A model generated the notes under the pieces. It was not told where the DNA came from. It saw nothing but the letters and a program-made list of their open reading frames with translations, and searched no databases. A DNA stretch of 63,306 bases, counting the filler, from Reclinomonas americana ATCC 50394 (lineage: Eukaryota), in the NCBI GenBank assembly GCA_048213135.1. It is 14 parts of 14 records of this genome, joined end to end, with 100 filler letters (N's around TTAATTAATTAA, not from the genome) between each part and the next. Parts side by side here need not be neighbours in the genome. Positions count along the whole stretch, not along the records: positions 36,532 to 37,784 come from AFZH01021750.1; positions 37,885 to 39,340 come from AFZH01021751.1; positions 39,441 to 41,981 come from AFZH01021752.1; positions 42,082 to 49,798 come from AFZH01021753.1; positions 49,899 to 57,624 come from AFZH01021754.1; positions 57,725 to 59,712 come from AFZH01021755.1; positions 59,813 to 63,306 come from AFZH01021757.1; 7 more parts are not named here. The stretch is one strand, 5' to 3'. Made by a program: the position numbers and the translations under genes. Positions 37,520 to 63,212 of the stretch are shown here, one piece after another (within the stretch, counting starts at the first letter, position 1; every line of letters starts with the position of its first letter).

Positions 37520-37980
37520 GAGAGTGAATATTGGGGGCTTGTTTAGAGTGGGAAGTGGGGGGTAGGCGGCAGAGGAGGTTCTTGTTGTTCCCACCAAGTG
37601 ACGAAAAAACAAGATCCATATCAGGTCGATCTGTTGTCGTCCCGTCGGAAATGGCATATCTGGCGTGACAGGATCTTCAAGAAAACCCTTCTCCCCGTTG
37701 CCGAGCGTTTGTTTGTTTACTTTCAATGGTGAGCGTGCACTCACACCCCAGTCTTCATTTCCTGTCCCTCACTCTCTCTCTCTCNNNNNNNNNNNNNNNN
37801 NNNNNNNNNNNNNNNNNNNNNNNNNNNNTTAATTAATTAANNNNNNNNNNNNNNNNNNNNNNNNNNNNNNNNNNNNNNNNNNNNTCGTACGTACGTACGT
37901 ACTACTACTAACCTACCTACCGTCCGTCGTCGTCGTTCGTTTCGTTTACGTTTACGTTACGTAGTAGTGTCGCGCTCACC

Positions 37981-38060
<80 letters not shown>

Positions 38061-38374
38061 GTCAGACATCAACATCGTGTGATCGCGACGACGACGTGTT
38101 CACCAAGGCCGGTGGCAGCACCGACTGTTACGACAGCGACGCAGTGGAGATGATTGTGGACGATCGCGAGAGCTCAATGTTGCGCAACAAAAAGAGCGAG
38201 AGATGGATCGTCGATTGTTGTCTTGTTCTCATCCTTGTTCTTGAACTCCTTCTTCTTCTCATTGTTCCTCTTCTTCTTGTCCTCCTCCTTCCCTCTCGTT
38301 CTCCTTCTTCTTGTTCCTCTTCTTCTTCTTGTTCTTGTTCTTCTTCTCCTCATCCTTCTCCTTCCCCTCCACAG

Positions 38375-39161
38375 CTCCCGCGCAGAGAGACAGCGTGAGA
38401 TTGTGCTGCGCTCGGTGCGTCACTTGGAGTACCTGAGTCGCTCGGGATGTGTGCGCCACTTGGACTTGCGAGGTACACGAAAAAGGGCAATGATCTCTTG
38501 GCCTTTCTGTGTAACACTGCGCGCACTCAGGTCTGGCGCTCAACTTGGACAGCAGCTCGCGTGGACAGGATGTCTCCATGGCGATCGACCACTGCGCTGA
38601 CGATATGACGGCCATCACCACTGTTGGTGAGTGAGTTGTCCGCGTGTCGGAAATCGGATCAACTTGTTTGTGCCTGTCGCGCTCACCTGTTTTTTTTTTT
38701 TGTTTTGTGGTGCTGTGTAGGTTGCAAGTTGGTCGACGATGATATGTGTGCGGTCGGCGAGGCGTTGCGGAATGTGCCGTCGTTGTCGACTGTGGATTTT
38801 TCATGTTGCGCAAGTGGGCGCACCCGGGGATCTTTCTGTGTGCTCGTTCTCTCACGGCGTGCTGACTTGTGGACGCAGCGAACCTGCTGTCGCGTGATGG
38901 CGTTTTGTTGCTGTGCGCGGCGCTGGAGGATTGCGAGCATCTCACCGATCTCGACATCTCTTGTGAGTGATCGATGGCAGCTATATTTGTGTCTTTTCTG
39001 TCTTACGCCATTCGTGGGTGGGGATGCAGTCAACGACTGCCACGACTCGGATGCTTGCTTGGTGAGTTGGCAGTTGGTCGTCGCTGCTGTCGTTGCGCCG
39101 CTGATCTCACTCTTGCGTGCAGGCCGTGGCGAGATTACTGCAGCGGAATTCGGTGACGGTG
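38375..39161 (+). CDS. Leucine-rich repeat (RNI/ribonuclease-inhibitor-like) protein, partial
   Basis: Spliced exons read ...VRHLDLR|G..., GCKLVDDDMCAVGEALRNVPSLSTVDFS|, NLLSRDGVLLLCAALEDCEHLTDLDIS| and NDCHDSDACL|AVARLLQRN. This is the ~28-aa LxxLDLSxNxLxxxG pattern with roughly one exon per repeat. Confidence 0.7.
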
Positions 39162-39440
39162 GTGAGGATGAAGGGTGCGTGTGAATCCAAGAGGAGGCGA
39201 GAGATGGGAAGGGAAGGGAAGAGGGAGAAGAGAAGGGGAAGAGAGTGGAGTGGAGAGGAGGGGAGGGGAGGGGAGGGGAGGGGAGGGAAGAGGAGGTGGA
39301 GGGGAGGGGAGGGGAGGGGAGGGAAGGGGAGGGAAGGGAANNNNNNNNNNNNNNNNNNNNNNNNNNNNNNNNNNNNNNNNNNNNTTAATTAATTAANNNN
39401 NNNNNNNNNNNNNNNNNNNNNNNNNNNNNNNNNNNNNNNN

Positions 39441-39478
<38 letters not shown>

Positions 39479-39515
39479 CTGCTGTCCGTTGGGCGGCTCA
39501 CATGTGTTCGTGCAG

Positions 39516-52836
<13,321 letters not shown>

Positions 52837-53106
52837 GAGCCAACAAAACAAGAGCTTGTTTAACATCTTTTTTTTACATCATTCATATTAATTAATCTTG
52901 TTACTACTACTATTGTACGTGTTCGCTGGTGGTGGTGGTGGTGCTCCGCAGCGTGCACCAGTCGTGGTAGAGAGTGGCCAGCGTGCGTCGTGTGCCGTCG
53001 CTGAGCACACGGGAGAAGGGACATGAATGGTGAGAAGAAGTGATAGGAGGACAGGGAAGTGAGGATGAAGAGGGAGGAGAGAGAAGCAGACAAAAACATT
53101 GTAGAA

Positions 53107-56100
53107 TCAGTACGAGTGCGTATCGAGTAGCGACCCTAGAGAAATGCACGGAGCTGGCAGAGAGAGAGAGAGAGAGAGAGGAGGGATCCAGATTGGAGAA
53201 TCAACAAGCGACCTGCACGGAGATAGCAGAGACACGTAGATTGCAACCAGAGAGCAAGCGCAACTCGATATTTTGCATCTGTCTCCTGAACGCCTCCAGA
53301 GCCTGTCGCAGTCGCATGAGACCGGCAATGTCATCGGCCTCCACCGCCGTAACAACTTGCCCTGCTGAGTCTGCGCGCGCCAAGTGGTAAGTACATGCAG
53401 GAATTGGGTGGTGATGACGGTGGTGGGGAGCACGACGCACCGCCAACATTGCGTGGCACGGCACTCTCGGCAATCATGCGGTCCACGGCCTCACGTACGA
53501 GGCCCTCTACGGCGACGGACGGGCACTGGACTGTGACTGTCGCATCCTCTGCAATGCGAACCACATTATAATCGTCGGTGAAGTAAGACAGCAACACCTG
53601 CTCCTCCAACCTGACTCTTCGGCTCCACGTTGCACAGAGAGGGAAATAGGATGTCGGAAAATTGTGCACGCTCGCCGCACGGCTGATGCTTTGTGCTTCG
53701 CCGTCGAGCCCCTGAGAAGAGAGAAATGAGGAGCCGATGGTTTCGCAACTGACAGCAGTTGCACGCACCCACACACGGCCAGCAGCTTGTCGGCCACTGA
53801 CGACGGCACAAGAAGGCGTACAAAATGCATGGGCGACCGGCGAACCAACGCAGGGGGTTGTGGGAGAGGTGCCTGCGCAGCATAGAGGTCGGTGAGAAAG
53901 AGCAACACAAGCGTGCAGTTGGTGGTTGCTTTGCTGGCTCACCTGACACAATTGTCGCATCGAGTGTGCCAGCCTCTCGTACGGTAGCATGGAGCTCCAC
54001 GGCAATGGTCGCTGTCGATTGTCACACACAAAGCCGGCAGTGGGAGACTCCGGAACAGTCAAGCCAAACACGTCAACGATCTTGTCTGCCAGCGGTACCA
54101 CTGCAGGGCGGGGAGAGAGGAAGGTGAGTTGAGGTCACAAACACAATCAATCTCTGTCACACGTACCAGTGGGAAGACGTGCACTGGTCGACACAACGGC
54201 GAACGCACGGCATCGCAGCGGTCTCAAGTCGGCAACGGCCACAGGCCACTGGACAGTGTACGGTTCGTCCGCCACCAGACGAGGAATCGCAAAGACACAC
54301 GACGATGTTGCGCCACTGCCGTGTGTCACACACAGCAGCACTGTGAGTGTGCACACCCGCCCGCCAATTGTCAGCGACTGCACAACTTGCAAAAGGGCAG
54401 ACTGGCGTCGCGCGTACCATCGAAAACATGAGACAAATCGAGGGCAGGCTGCAGCACTTGCAACTCGCAATGCAGCGCCGTGTGCACAGGTGCACTCACG
54501 TCGGTGGTGAGTGAGCTGCTCCACGACAGTGTGCACGATACGATGCCGCTGAGAGGTCGTTTGCCGTCGGACTGCAAAAGAGGAGAGGTAAGATGGAGAA
54601 GAGAGAAGAGAAGAAAGAGGCTAAAAAGAGAACAGAGGGACAGAAAGGAGAAGGAGGAAAAGAAACAAGAGGGACCGGAATAAAGGAGATCAGGAGAATG
54701 TAGAGGGCAGGAGAAGACAGAAAACTGGGAATGAGAGTGGAGCGAAGGTGGAGACAAGAGAGGTTAGCAGAGGACAAGGAGACAGAAAGAAGAAGGAAAG
54801 AGGGGGAAAGAAACAAATAGACTGGATATCAGGAGAATGGAGATGGCAGGGAAAAAAGAGAGTGAATAGAAGGTGGAGAAAAGTGAGGTGAGTAGTGGAC
54901 AACGGAGTGACGAACAGCGAAGGAGAGGAGAGGAAGGAGAAGAACAGACACTCGATAAATGGGCGACAACGAGATGGACTTGAGAGAAGAAGCAAGGAGA
55001 TGGAATGGAAGTGCCGAAAGGCGAAGAGAATAACGAGTGGACGGTTTGCGATGCGAGGCGACAATGATCCATCCTTCGCAACTGGTGGTGCGCCTGCTGG
55101 CGACTGAATGGCTTGAATTAAGGAGAAGCCGCCTTCCAAACGACGAGACAACGCCTGCAACGACAATGTGAACCAACTGTGGCAGTGCGCGACAACCAGT
55201 GCAACGCACATCGCGTTCCTCCCGGGCCACCGTCAATCGATTGCTGAGCACAGTGTACGATTCTGCGGCAGCCTGCAGGCGCTCTCGCAGTGACCGCGAT
55301 GCAACGCCCTCACCAGTCGAGCTGCAGCAGGGGTGAGAAGCAATAATTGAATCTCCAGTGCGGCACAGAATAGTAACCTGTCGTCGACGCCTGTCGCAGA
55401 GGCAAACTCGAGACGACCATCCTCGGTCACCATGACGAGGAACTGCTCGCCGTCACTCGAAAATGCACTCAGCGGATCGAGGAGTGCGTGATTGCGCACG
55501 TGTGCGGTAGATGCGAGGGTGGAGATCCGTCGCACGCCTGGCAGCGAGGCTGTCGCACAAAAAACGTGAGCACGCTGCGACAATGAGGGATGGCACGCAG
55601 TCATCAAGCACCAACAGAGGTGGTGGCTGTCACCACCGGCAGCAGCTCGGAGGGAGAGTCGCGGAACAAACGAGCCGAGAACACTTGTCGCCGATCGCCT
55701 TCCGCCACTGCATACAACACGCCCTGGACGAGCAGTGGTTGAAAGCTTGCACCCCGCCAAAAGCAACGGGTCGCACAGCGTACCGACAAGCAGCAACAGG
55801 AAGACACTGGCTGCGGAAATCGCCACACCAGAGGACGGCACAACGGGTCTGCACTCAACACAAAGGCATCACCGGTGGAGCTGCAACGGTCTTGCCGTCA
55901 GGCGCACGTGGAAGCGAGAAGGAGGAGGATAAGGAGGAGACCAACCTCACAAGCGCCAAGACATCGCAGTCGTCGGTCGCGGCACACGAGGATGACTTGA
56001 TGCATTCCACGTGCACAATCGATCCGTGAAGCCGGTGCACGAGTGCGCCCACTGTCGACTGTCTGCCCGACCCCGACGCAGCGCGTGCTGACAAGTCGGG

Positions 56101-57518
56101 TATCGCCATGATGTAAACGGCACCGGCAGCGTCGCCCACAAAGACGCAATCGAGGTTCAGCAGGCGACTGCGCCAGTGCCACAGCTGTTAGACTGACGTC
56201 CATCACTGACAGGCGAACAGCAAGCAAACAAACCTCGCGTAGCCAGGCAAACACCGCGACACGATTGATGCCTTGTGTGAGACTCCTGTACGGAGTGAGT
56301 GAGAATGAGCAAAGAGGCAAAAATAAGCGATGCAAATAACACGACTCGCCAGCAATGCAAGTGACGAGTCGCATCGACGACAACGTCAGTGGCATCATGC
56401 GCACCACGGCTGTCGAAGCAGATGACGACGATGGCGGTGGTGCCGCAGCAGCGATGCCAGGAGAGTCCGTGTCGTCGCAAAAGAGTGAAAACGACGGCGC
56501 TGCCAGCTCGTCGTCGGGTGTGTCGAAATGGGGCTGCTTTCGCGACTGGCGATCCACCTCCATGACCTCGTCTTCGATCGATTCCGCCTCCACGCGATAG
56601 CACAGCGCCATCGAGTCGACTGGCGAGCCGCAGACGTGCAACACGGTGCATTCATTGTTCGGCAGCGAGGTCGCCAGTTGCGCTCCGACCTGCGTCTGGA
56701 GTGAGTAGTGCCATAAGAGGAAGTATGAAGGCAAGCCGTCACTCACTAGCGAGCACAGCCGCGATGCGTGGTGGCGTAATGGCGCTGCACGAAAGGGGAA
56801 ATGGTCGCACATGCTGCTCGAGCGGCGAATGCCGTCGACCGATGGAGGGGCGGAGGCTCCGAGGGCGGACTGCGAAAGTGAGGGGGATGGAGTGGGTAAG
56901 AAGGGGGAGGACAGCGAGGGAAAGAGTATGAAGAGGAATGAGGAGGAAAGGAGGGGATGGGAAGGAGAAGAACAGGACAAGGAAACGAAGAGTGAGAAAA
57001 AAAAGGAGGAAGCGAGAAGTAAAAGAAAACGGAGACAAGAAGAGGGTTGCAATGAGGGAGGAGAGAGCGCGGGAGTGAGCGAGAGGAGAGTGGAGTCAGG
57101 ATGGAGGAGAAGGAAACGAGAAGTGACGGAGAACAGAGACAACAAGACGCTGCAGGCGATCCTGGATGCAGGTGCGGAGAAGAAGGGGAGGTGTGAGCGG
57201 GCGGAGAAGACGAAAAGTGGGAGCAGGAGGAAGTGAACAGGAGAGCGGAGACGACAGAACAGGCTGCAGAACGAGAGAAAAGAGGGAGAGCGGAGGGCAA
57301 AGCAGGGGAGAAGAAGGACAACGACAAGTAAGCGAGAGAAGGACGGAGGGAAAGGAATGCGGACGAATAGGTGCATGAGAAGGCAACAGAAACAACAAAA
57401 GAGCGCAGTCGATCCTGGATGGAGGCGCGGAGAAGAAGTGGAGATGTGGGCGGGCGGGGACAGTGGTTTGAGGTAAGGACGGAGAAGGCAGAGTGAGAGT
57501 GAGAGTGAGAGTGAGAGT

Positions 57519-57566
<48 letters not shown>

Positions 57567-58398
57567 ATGAGGAGGGGGAGGAAGAACGAAGGAGAAGGGA
57601 GACAACAGAAGAGCGCAGTCGATCNNNNNNNNNNNNNNNNNNNNNNNNNNNNNNNNNNNNNNNNNNNNTTAATTAATTAANNNNNNNNNNNNNNNNNNNN
57701 NNNNNNNNNNNNNNNNNNNNNNNNTTGGATGGAGGCGCGGAGAAGAATGGATGTGAGCGGGAGGAGACAGTTGCAGTGAGAAAACGGAAGAAAGAAAGAG
57801 GGAGAATGAGGAGGAGGAGGAAGGGCAAAACAGAAGAGGTTTCAGAATGCGAGAGATGAGGAGAAGTAAGCAAGAGGAGAGGGGAGGAGACAACAGAGAC
57901 CACAAGTGATGAGGAGAGCGAGGATCAGTGGAGAGAGTAAGAGCCACCTTTGCTCGCTTACTCTGCTGACGCTCGCCATCGCGATGCACGAGTTCCACTG
58001 CCGCTCGTTTCGCGCCGACTTTTCCCGCCACTCTCCGCCGCACATTCTTGCCCGCTCCCATCAGCTGCGTCCACGTGCACAGCCACACATCTCCCGCTCC
58101 CGTAATCACACACACAGTGCGCGCATTGCATGACACATGCACAATGTCATCTCTCTCCACACAAAGGACATTGACAAGAGCTCCATCGCGCACAATGTGC
58201 AGCTGTGCACAGTGGACGCGCACAGCCACTGCAGAGTGCCTGTCACACAGAGAGAGAGTGTAAGAGTGTGACTTCTTTGTGTGTGCGTGTGTGAGAGAGA
58301 GTGCGCAGCTGTTCGCCAGTGTCGTCGGTCACAGTGGCACAGGCGAGACATGTGCGGCCTGAAGGTGCACCGAGAGGCACACTCAGTTCGCGTTTCAT
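53107..58398 (-). CDS. Multi-exon protein, probable FAAP100 (Fanconi anemia core complex) homolog; boundaries approximate
   Basis: Beta-rich exons SRLLNLDCVFVGDAAGAVY...GALVHRLHGSIVHV, CTLTVLL...SCVFAIPRLVADEPYTVQWPV...RPLRCRAFAV...GVVPLADKIVDVF and VTVQCPSVAVEGLVREAVDRMI occur in the same order as segments I recall from FAAP100. This is recalled similarity, not a search result. Confidence 0.45.
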
Positions 58399-58463
58399 GC
58401 GTGTGTTTGTGTTTGTGTGCGGGAAATGCGCGCGAGTGTATTTGTCTCTCTGTTTCATGTCGA

Positions 58464-59593
58464 TTAGCGTCGCTTCTTCTTGGACTTGGATGGCAAGTCG
58501 CCGATGAACTGGCGTGGAATGCGGCACACATCGACCAGGTGCTGATAGATCTCTTCTGCGACTTCGCCTTGCGCCACCAGCATCTGTGTTTTTTTGTACA
58601 TATGAGCGTCGATGTACATGGGGAGCTGGAGCAGTTCTCAACGCGTCGTACCTCTTCGGAGATGGTGAAGGACGTGGCCAGCTTCTTCGAGAGCACTTGT
58701 GTGAGGTCGTCCAGGTCGAGACCGTACTCGGCGAGACTGTGTGTGTGTGTGGGAATCAGCATGCGGGGGAAGCGACGAGGGGGAGGACACGAACTTGGAG
58801 ACGTTGGTGACGTGCTTGCGTCCGCCCTGTCGATCGACCACCGACAGTGTGATCTTGGGTGGTGCGGTGCCCTTCTTGGGCGCCTGTGCTTCCACTTCGC
58901 CAGCTGCAGCACGCACACACAAGGGTGAGTGACCTTGTTTTCCGTGTCGAGGGAGGAGCAACCGTACCTGGGTTCCGTCGCATCACCTGGTAGTGCACCT
59001 GCATCTGCGAGATGACCTTATCGAGCAGATCGCGCGGTGTCGTCGCAATGTCATTGACAATCGCCTGCAACGTCTCGTCCACCTCGATCACATTCGGATC
59101 GGCGGCATTCACCAAGCCGTGCTCGGCGGCGTACGCGCGGCAGCACTCGGCAATCTCCGCCGTGGTGTACAGTCGTCCCTTCTCGACCTTCGAACGGGGG
59201 AAGAGTGGGCGGACGTGATGCTGCGGCTTGTACAGCATCTGCAACTCGACGGGGCCGAACACGGCAGCCTCTCTACAGAGACACCAAGGTGGGTGACAGG
59301 AAGGGGGAAGGGAGGTGAGGGAAGCGTGGACGAATTTACCTTGCAGACTCGGCTTGCTCTGCCTCGCGCTCGGCGGATGCACCGGCAAACGTCGCTGGGT
59401 CGTGCGTTCGCTTCACGTTGACGATCCTGGTGCAAGAGGGGATGAGCTTGACGTTCGTAAAGTGCACATGGTGGTGGATGTGACGCAACTCGTCGGCCTT
59501 GCGGTTAATTCTGATGATTTGCACTTCGCCCGACGGCAGGTTCTTCGTAAAGATAATCTTCTCGTCCTTGAACCACTTGAGCAGCGTTTGCAG
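58464..59593 (-). CDS. EIF2D: Translation initiation factor eIF2D (ligatin), 3' part with SWIB-like and SUI1 domains; 5' part lost in gap
   Basis: LQMLYKP...LYTTAEIAECCRAYAAEHGLVNAADPNVIEVDETL (SWIB-like), followed by PKITLSVVDRQGGRKHVTNVSK|LAEYGLDLDDLTQVLSKKLATSFTI...VAQGEV...IPRQFI (SUI1). Stop TAA at 58464-58466. Confidence 0.85.
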
Positions 59594-60141
59594 CTGTTCA
59601 CGAGCACATGAGAACGACAAGGAGTGAAGAGAGGAGACGGACCGCAGCGCACATTCGCCCTCCTGTCTCTGTCTCTCTCTCTCTCTCTCGCACACACACA
59701 CACGCGCGCGCANNNNNNNNNNNNNNNNNNNNNNNNNNNNNNNNNNNNNNNNNNNNTTAATTAATTAANNNNNNNNNNNNNNNNNNNNNNNNNNNNNNNN
59801 NNNNNNNNNNNNAGAGAGAAGGGAGGGAGAGAAGGAAGGGAGAGAAGGGAGAGGGAAAGGGAAGAGAATGGGAGAGCAGGGAGGGGGAGAGAAGGAAGTA
59901 AGAGAAGGGAGGGGGAGAAGGGCGGAGAGAAGGGGGAGAGAAGGGGGAGACAAGGGAGGGAGAGAAGAAGGAGGGGAAAGAGAGAAGGGTGGGGAGGATA
60001 AGGAGAGAAGGAGGCAGCAGATGAGTGAGGAAGAGACAAGGGAGGGAGAGAACGGAAGAAAGAGAGAGAGAGACAGGAGGCACGCGCAATCCGAACAATC
60101 AATCACTCATTCTCTCTCACTCTTCCCACAAAACAACACAC

Positions 60142-60195
60142 CTCCTTGTACTCGGGAAAGTCATTCTGACTCAGCTTAAGATTGAGCGACGCCAT
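60142..60195 (-). CDS. Possible first exon of a calmodulin/myosin-light-chain-like EF-hand gene
   Basis: ATG...MASLNLKLSQNDFPEYKE|GTGTGT: 18 codons ending at a phase-0 donor. It resembles the calmodulin start (L-x-x-x-x-x-x-E-F/Y-K-E-AF). The rest would lie in the gap. Confidence 0.3.
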
Positions 60196-60319
60196 CGTCG
60201 CTCCTCTTCTCTCCACACACACTGTTGACGGTTTCAGGACAAACAAATGTGACTCATCGTATTTTCACCGGTGACCCACAAACAGAAGGCGCTTTACGCG
60301 TGGATGAATAGTACTCCAT

Positions 60320-60760
60320 GCGTGCTATGTGTGAGGAAGGAGAATGGCGACGAAAAACGGCCACAGAAAGAGTCTGTACGATGGGTTACAGAGCGACGGT
60401 AACCCATTGCACCAAAAGGTGTGCTTTGCGCGTGGAAGAACGCTCTATGTGCATGTCTATGAGTTCGCTGTGAGAGGAGAAAACGCGACGAAAAACGGCA
60501 CAAACAGAGTCTGTACGATGGGTTACATTTAAAGATTTGAGCGTGTAATTTCGCAAGCATGGTAACCCATTGCAACGAAAGGTGCACTTTGCGCAGAACA
60601 TGTGTGCGTGTATATGATTTCGCTGTGAAGAGGGGAAAACGCGACGAAAAACGGCACAGAAAGAGTATGTACGATGGGTTACACGTACAGATTTGAGCGT
60701 GTAATTTCACACTCCATGGTAACCCATTGCAACAAAAGGTGTGTTGTGTGCGCGGAACTT
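60320..60760. repeat. Three-copy 138-156 bp tandem repeat, each copy containing a 9-bp inverted repeat ATGGGTTAC...GTAACCCAT
   Basis: GCGACGAAAAACGG starts at 60347, 60485 and 60641. Stems lie at 60381-60389/60399-60407, 60518-60526/60562-60570 and 60674-60682/60719-60727. Confidence 0.9.
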
Positions 60761-60830
60761 TACGTGCGTGTGTGTGCAACGAGCTCACTGTGTTTGTGCG
60801 CGCGTGTGTGCGTGTGTGTGCAGCAGGCCA

Positions 60831-61372
60831 ATGTCTAATCTGCAGGAAGAGCTGATTGTTGCGTGGAGAAAGTCAAAGTGCAGTGTGTCACACTATCTGC
60901 ACACGCACTATGTGTGTCTTGTGTGTCTCACTCTCACTTGCTCTGTGTGTTTGTTTGTGTTTGTGTTTTTAGGCTGCGCGCAACCGGTGCGATGCGCTGA
61001 AACGCGAACTGGAGACGCACAAGAAGCGCATGTGGGATGCGACGATCAAGAGCATTTCGGATGCGAAACGCGTGGGTCCGCTGCAGCGCTTTGCGCTCAA
61101 GTCGCGCCGCCATTTGCGCGCGCATATTAGCAAAGTTGCGTGTGTGTGTGTGTGTGTGTTTTTGGAGGGACATCACGCGTTCTTGTGTGCACACGCGCGC
61201 GGAGAGAGAGGGAGTGAGAGAAGGAGAGGAGGGGGGAAGGGAGAGGGAGTGGGAGGGAATGGGAGAGGGAGGGAGGGAGGAGAGGCGGGAGAGAAGTGCA
61301 TGCAGTCATAAATGCACTTGTGGACGAACACGCAGTCAAACACTCACTCTTGCACGGAGTGTGTGTGTGTGA

Positions 61373-61408
<36 letters not shown>

Positions 61409-61800
61409 AGGGAGAAACGCATGAATGCAGTCATAAATGCACTTGCAGACGAGCATACAGTCAAACACTTACTTGCACGCTGCGTGTGTGTGCGTGTGTG
61501 TGTGTGAGAGAGAGAGAATGGAGAAACGCATGAATGCAGTCATCGATGCACTTGCAGACGAACACGCAGTCAAACACTCACTCACTCTTACGGAGTGTGT
61601 GTGTGAGAGAGAGAGCAGAGTGAGAGAAACGCATGCATACTATCACGAATGCACTTGCATAGGAACGCACAGTCAAACACTCACTCACTCTTGCACGGAG
61701 TGTGTGTGTGAGAGAGAGAGCAGAGTGAGAGAAACGCATGCATACTATCACGAATGCACTTGCAGACGAGCTCAGTCAAACACTCACTCACACTTGCACG

Positions 61801-61847
<47 letters not shown>

Positions 61848-63089
61848 TGGAGGGAGAAACACATGCATGCAGTCATGAATGCACTTGCACGCACGAGCAC
61901 TCGCACTTGTGCAAGCACTCATCGAGAGAGAAAGAGACACACTCTCTCACCCATGCTCGTAATCATTCATTGAGAGAGAGAGGGAGAGGAAGCACAAAGA
62001 GAAAGGTGCATGTGTGCAGTCATGAATGCACTTGCAGGCGAACACACAGTCAAACTCTCTCTCTCCCTCAAGGGAGAGAGAGACCCTATTGTGTCAGTCA
62101 CGCATACACGCACGTGCAGAAACGCCTGTGTGCGTTTGCTGTCGAGCTCGCTTGTCGCACTCGCAAGAATGCCTGTGCTATCCTGTGTTTGTGTAAGAGA
62201 ACAAGAAAGAGAAACCAACACACGTTCTCTCTAATGGACACGCAGCTCAATCGCTTAGTACTGTCACGCTGTCCGCACATTTGCGTTCTGTCTCTGTCGT
62301 TCTTTATCTCCTCCTTCGCATCTTCTTTCATCTGTCTCGTCTCCTCTCTTCTCCTGTCCTCCCGTTTCCTTTTCCCTCCCTCTCCCACTCTCTGTCTAAT
62401 ATCGTGATGCCTTCCCCTTTCCAGACCACTCACCCTTCCCGCTGCTTCCCCCCCTTCCGCAGGTGTACGCATTGCACTGGGCACCGAACGACTCTCGCGG
62501 CTTGGTCTCTGCGTCGCAAGACGGCAAGGTTCGGTGTGGTCTATGAGATCGATTATCTGCTGTGCCATGCGCTCACCGTCCCTCGCTTGTTAGATGTTGG
62601 TGTGGAACGCGTTCACGACGTACAAGATCAATCACATTCCGCTGCGCTCGGTGTGGGTGATGACGTGCGCGTACTCGCCGTCCGGAAACTTGGTCGCGTG
62701 TGGTGGACTGGGTGCGTTTCTATCCTCTCCTCTCCTTTATCCATTCCTCTCCTCTCATCTACCTCCCGAACGCAGACAACCACTGCAGCGTGTTCCAGCT
62801 GCGCGTCCGCGACGCCCCGCTCAAGCCGGCACGTGAACTGGCGCACCACACGGGCTACATTTCGTGCTGCCGTTTCATTATCGACAAGTTGTGTGGTGGA
62901 CCTGCACCTGTCGTCGGCCGTCACTAGTTCCTCACTGTCCACTCAGGTACATTCTGACGAGCTCCGGCGACATGACGTGCATCCTGTGGGATGTGGAGAC
63001 GGGCGAAGTGCGCGGCAAGTTTATTGGTCACGGTGGCGACGTGATGTGCGTGTCGGTGGAGGAGCCGGCCGCCACCAACTTTATCTCGG
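60831..63089 (+). CDS. GNB: Heterotrimeric G-protein beta subunit, 3' partial
   Basis: Spliced product: [21 protein letters not shown]...[77 protein letters not shown]...[10 protein letters not shown]...|[18 protein letters not shown]...[10 protein letters not shown]. These are hallmark G-beta motifs. Confidence 0.95.
61290..62060. repeat. Intronic minisatellite (~110-130 bp unit, ~6 copies) in G-beta intron 2
   Basis: Recurring GAGAAACGCATG..TGCAGTCATAAATGCACTTGCAGACGAACACGCAGTCAAACACTCACTC..GCACGGAGTGTGTG followed by (GT)n(GA)n. Confidence 0.85.
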
Positions 63090-63098
63090 GTGAGTCAT

Positions 63099-63212
<114 letters not shown>

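Noticed and set aside
55898..57605. Long Ser/Leu/Pro/Phe-rich or Arg/Glu/Gly-rich ORFs (also 35200-36055, 54371-55251, 59757-60179)
   Set aside because: They are translations of purine/pyrimidine-skewed low-complexity introns and spacers. Only the embedded exons are credible.
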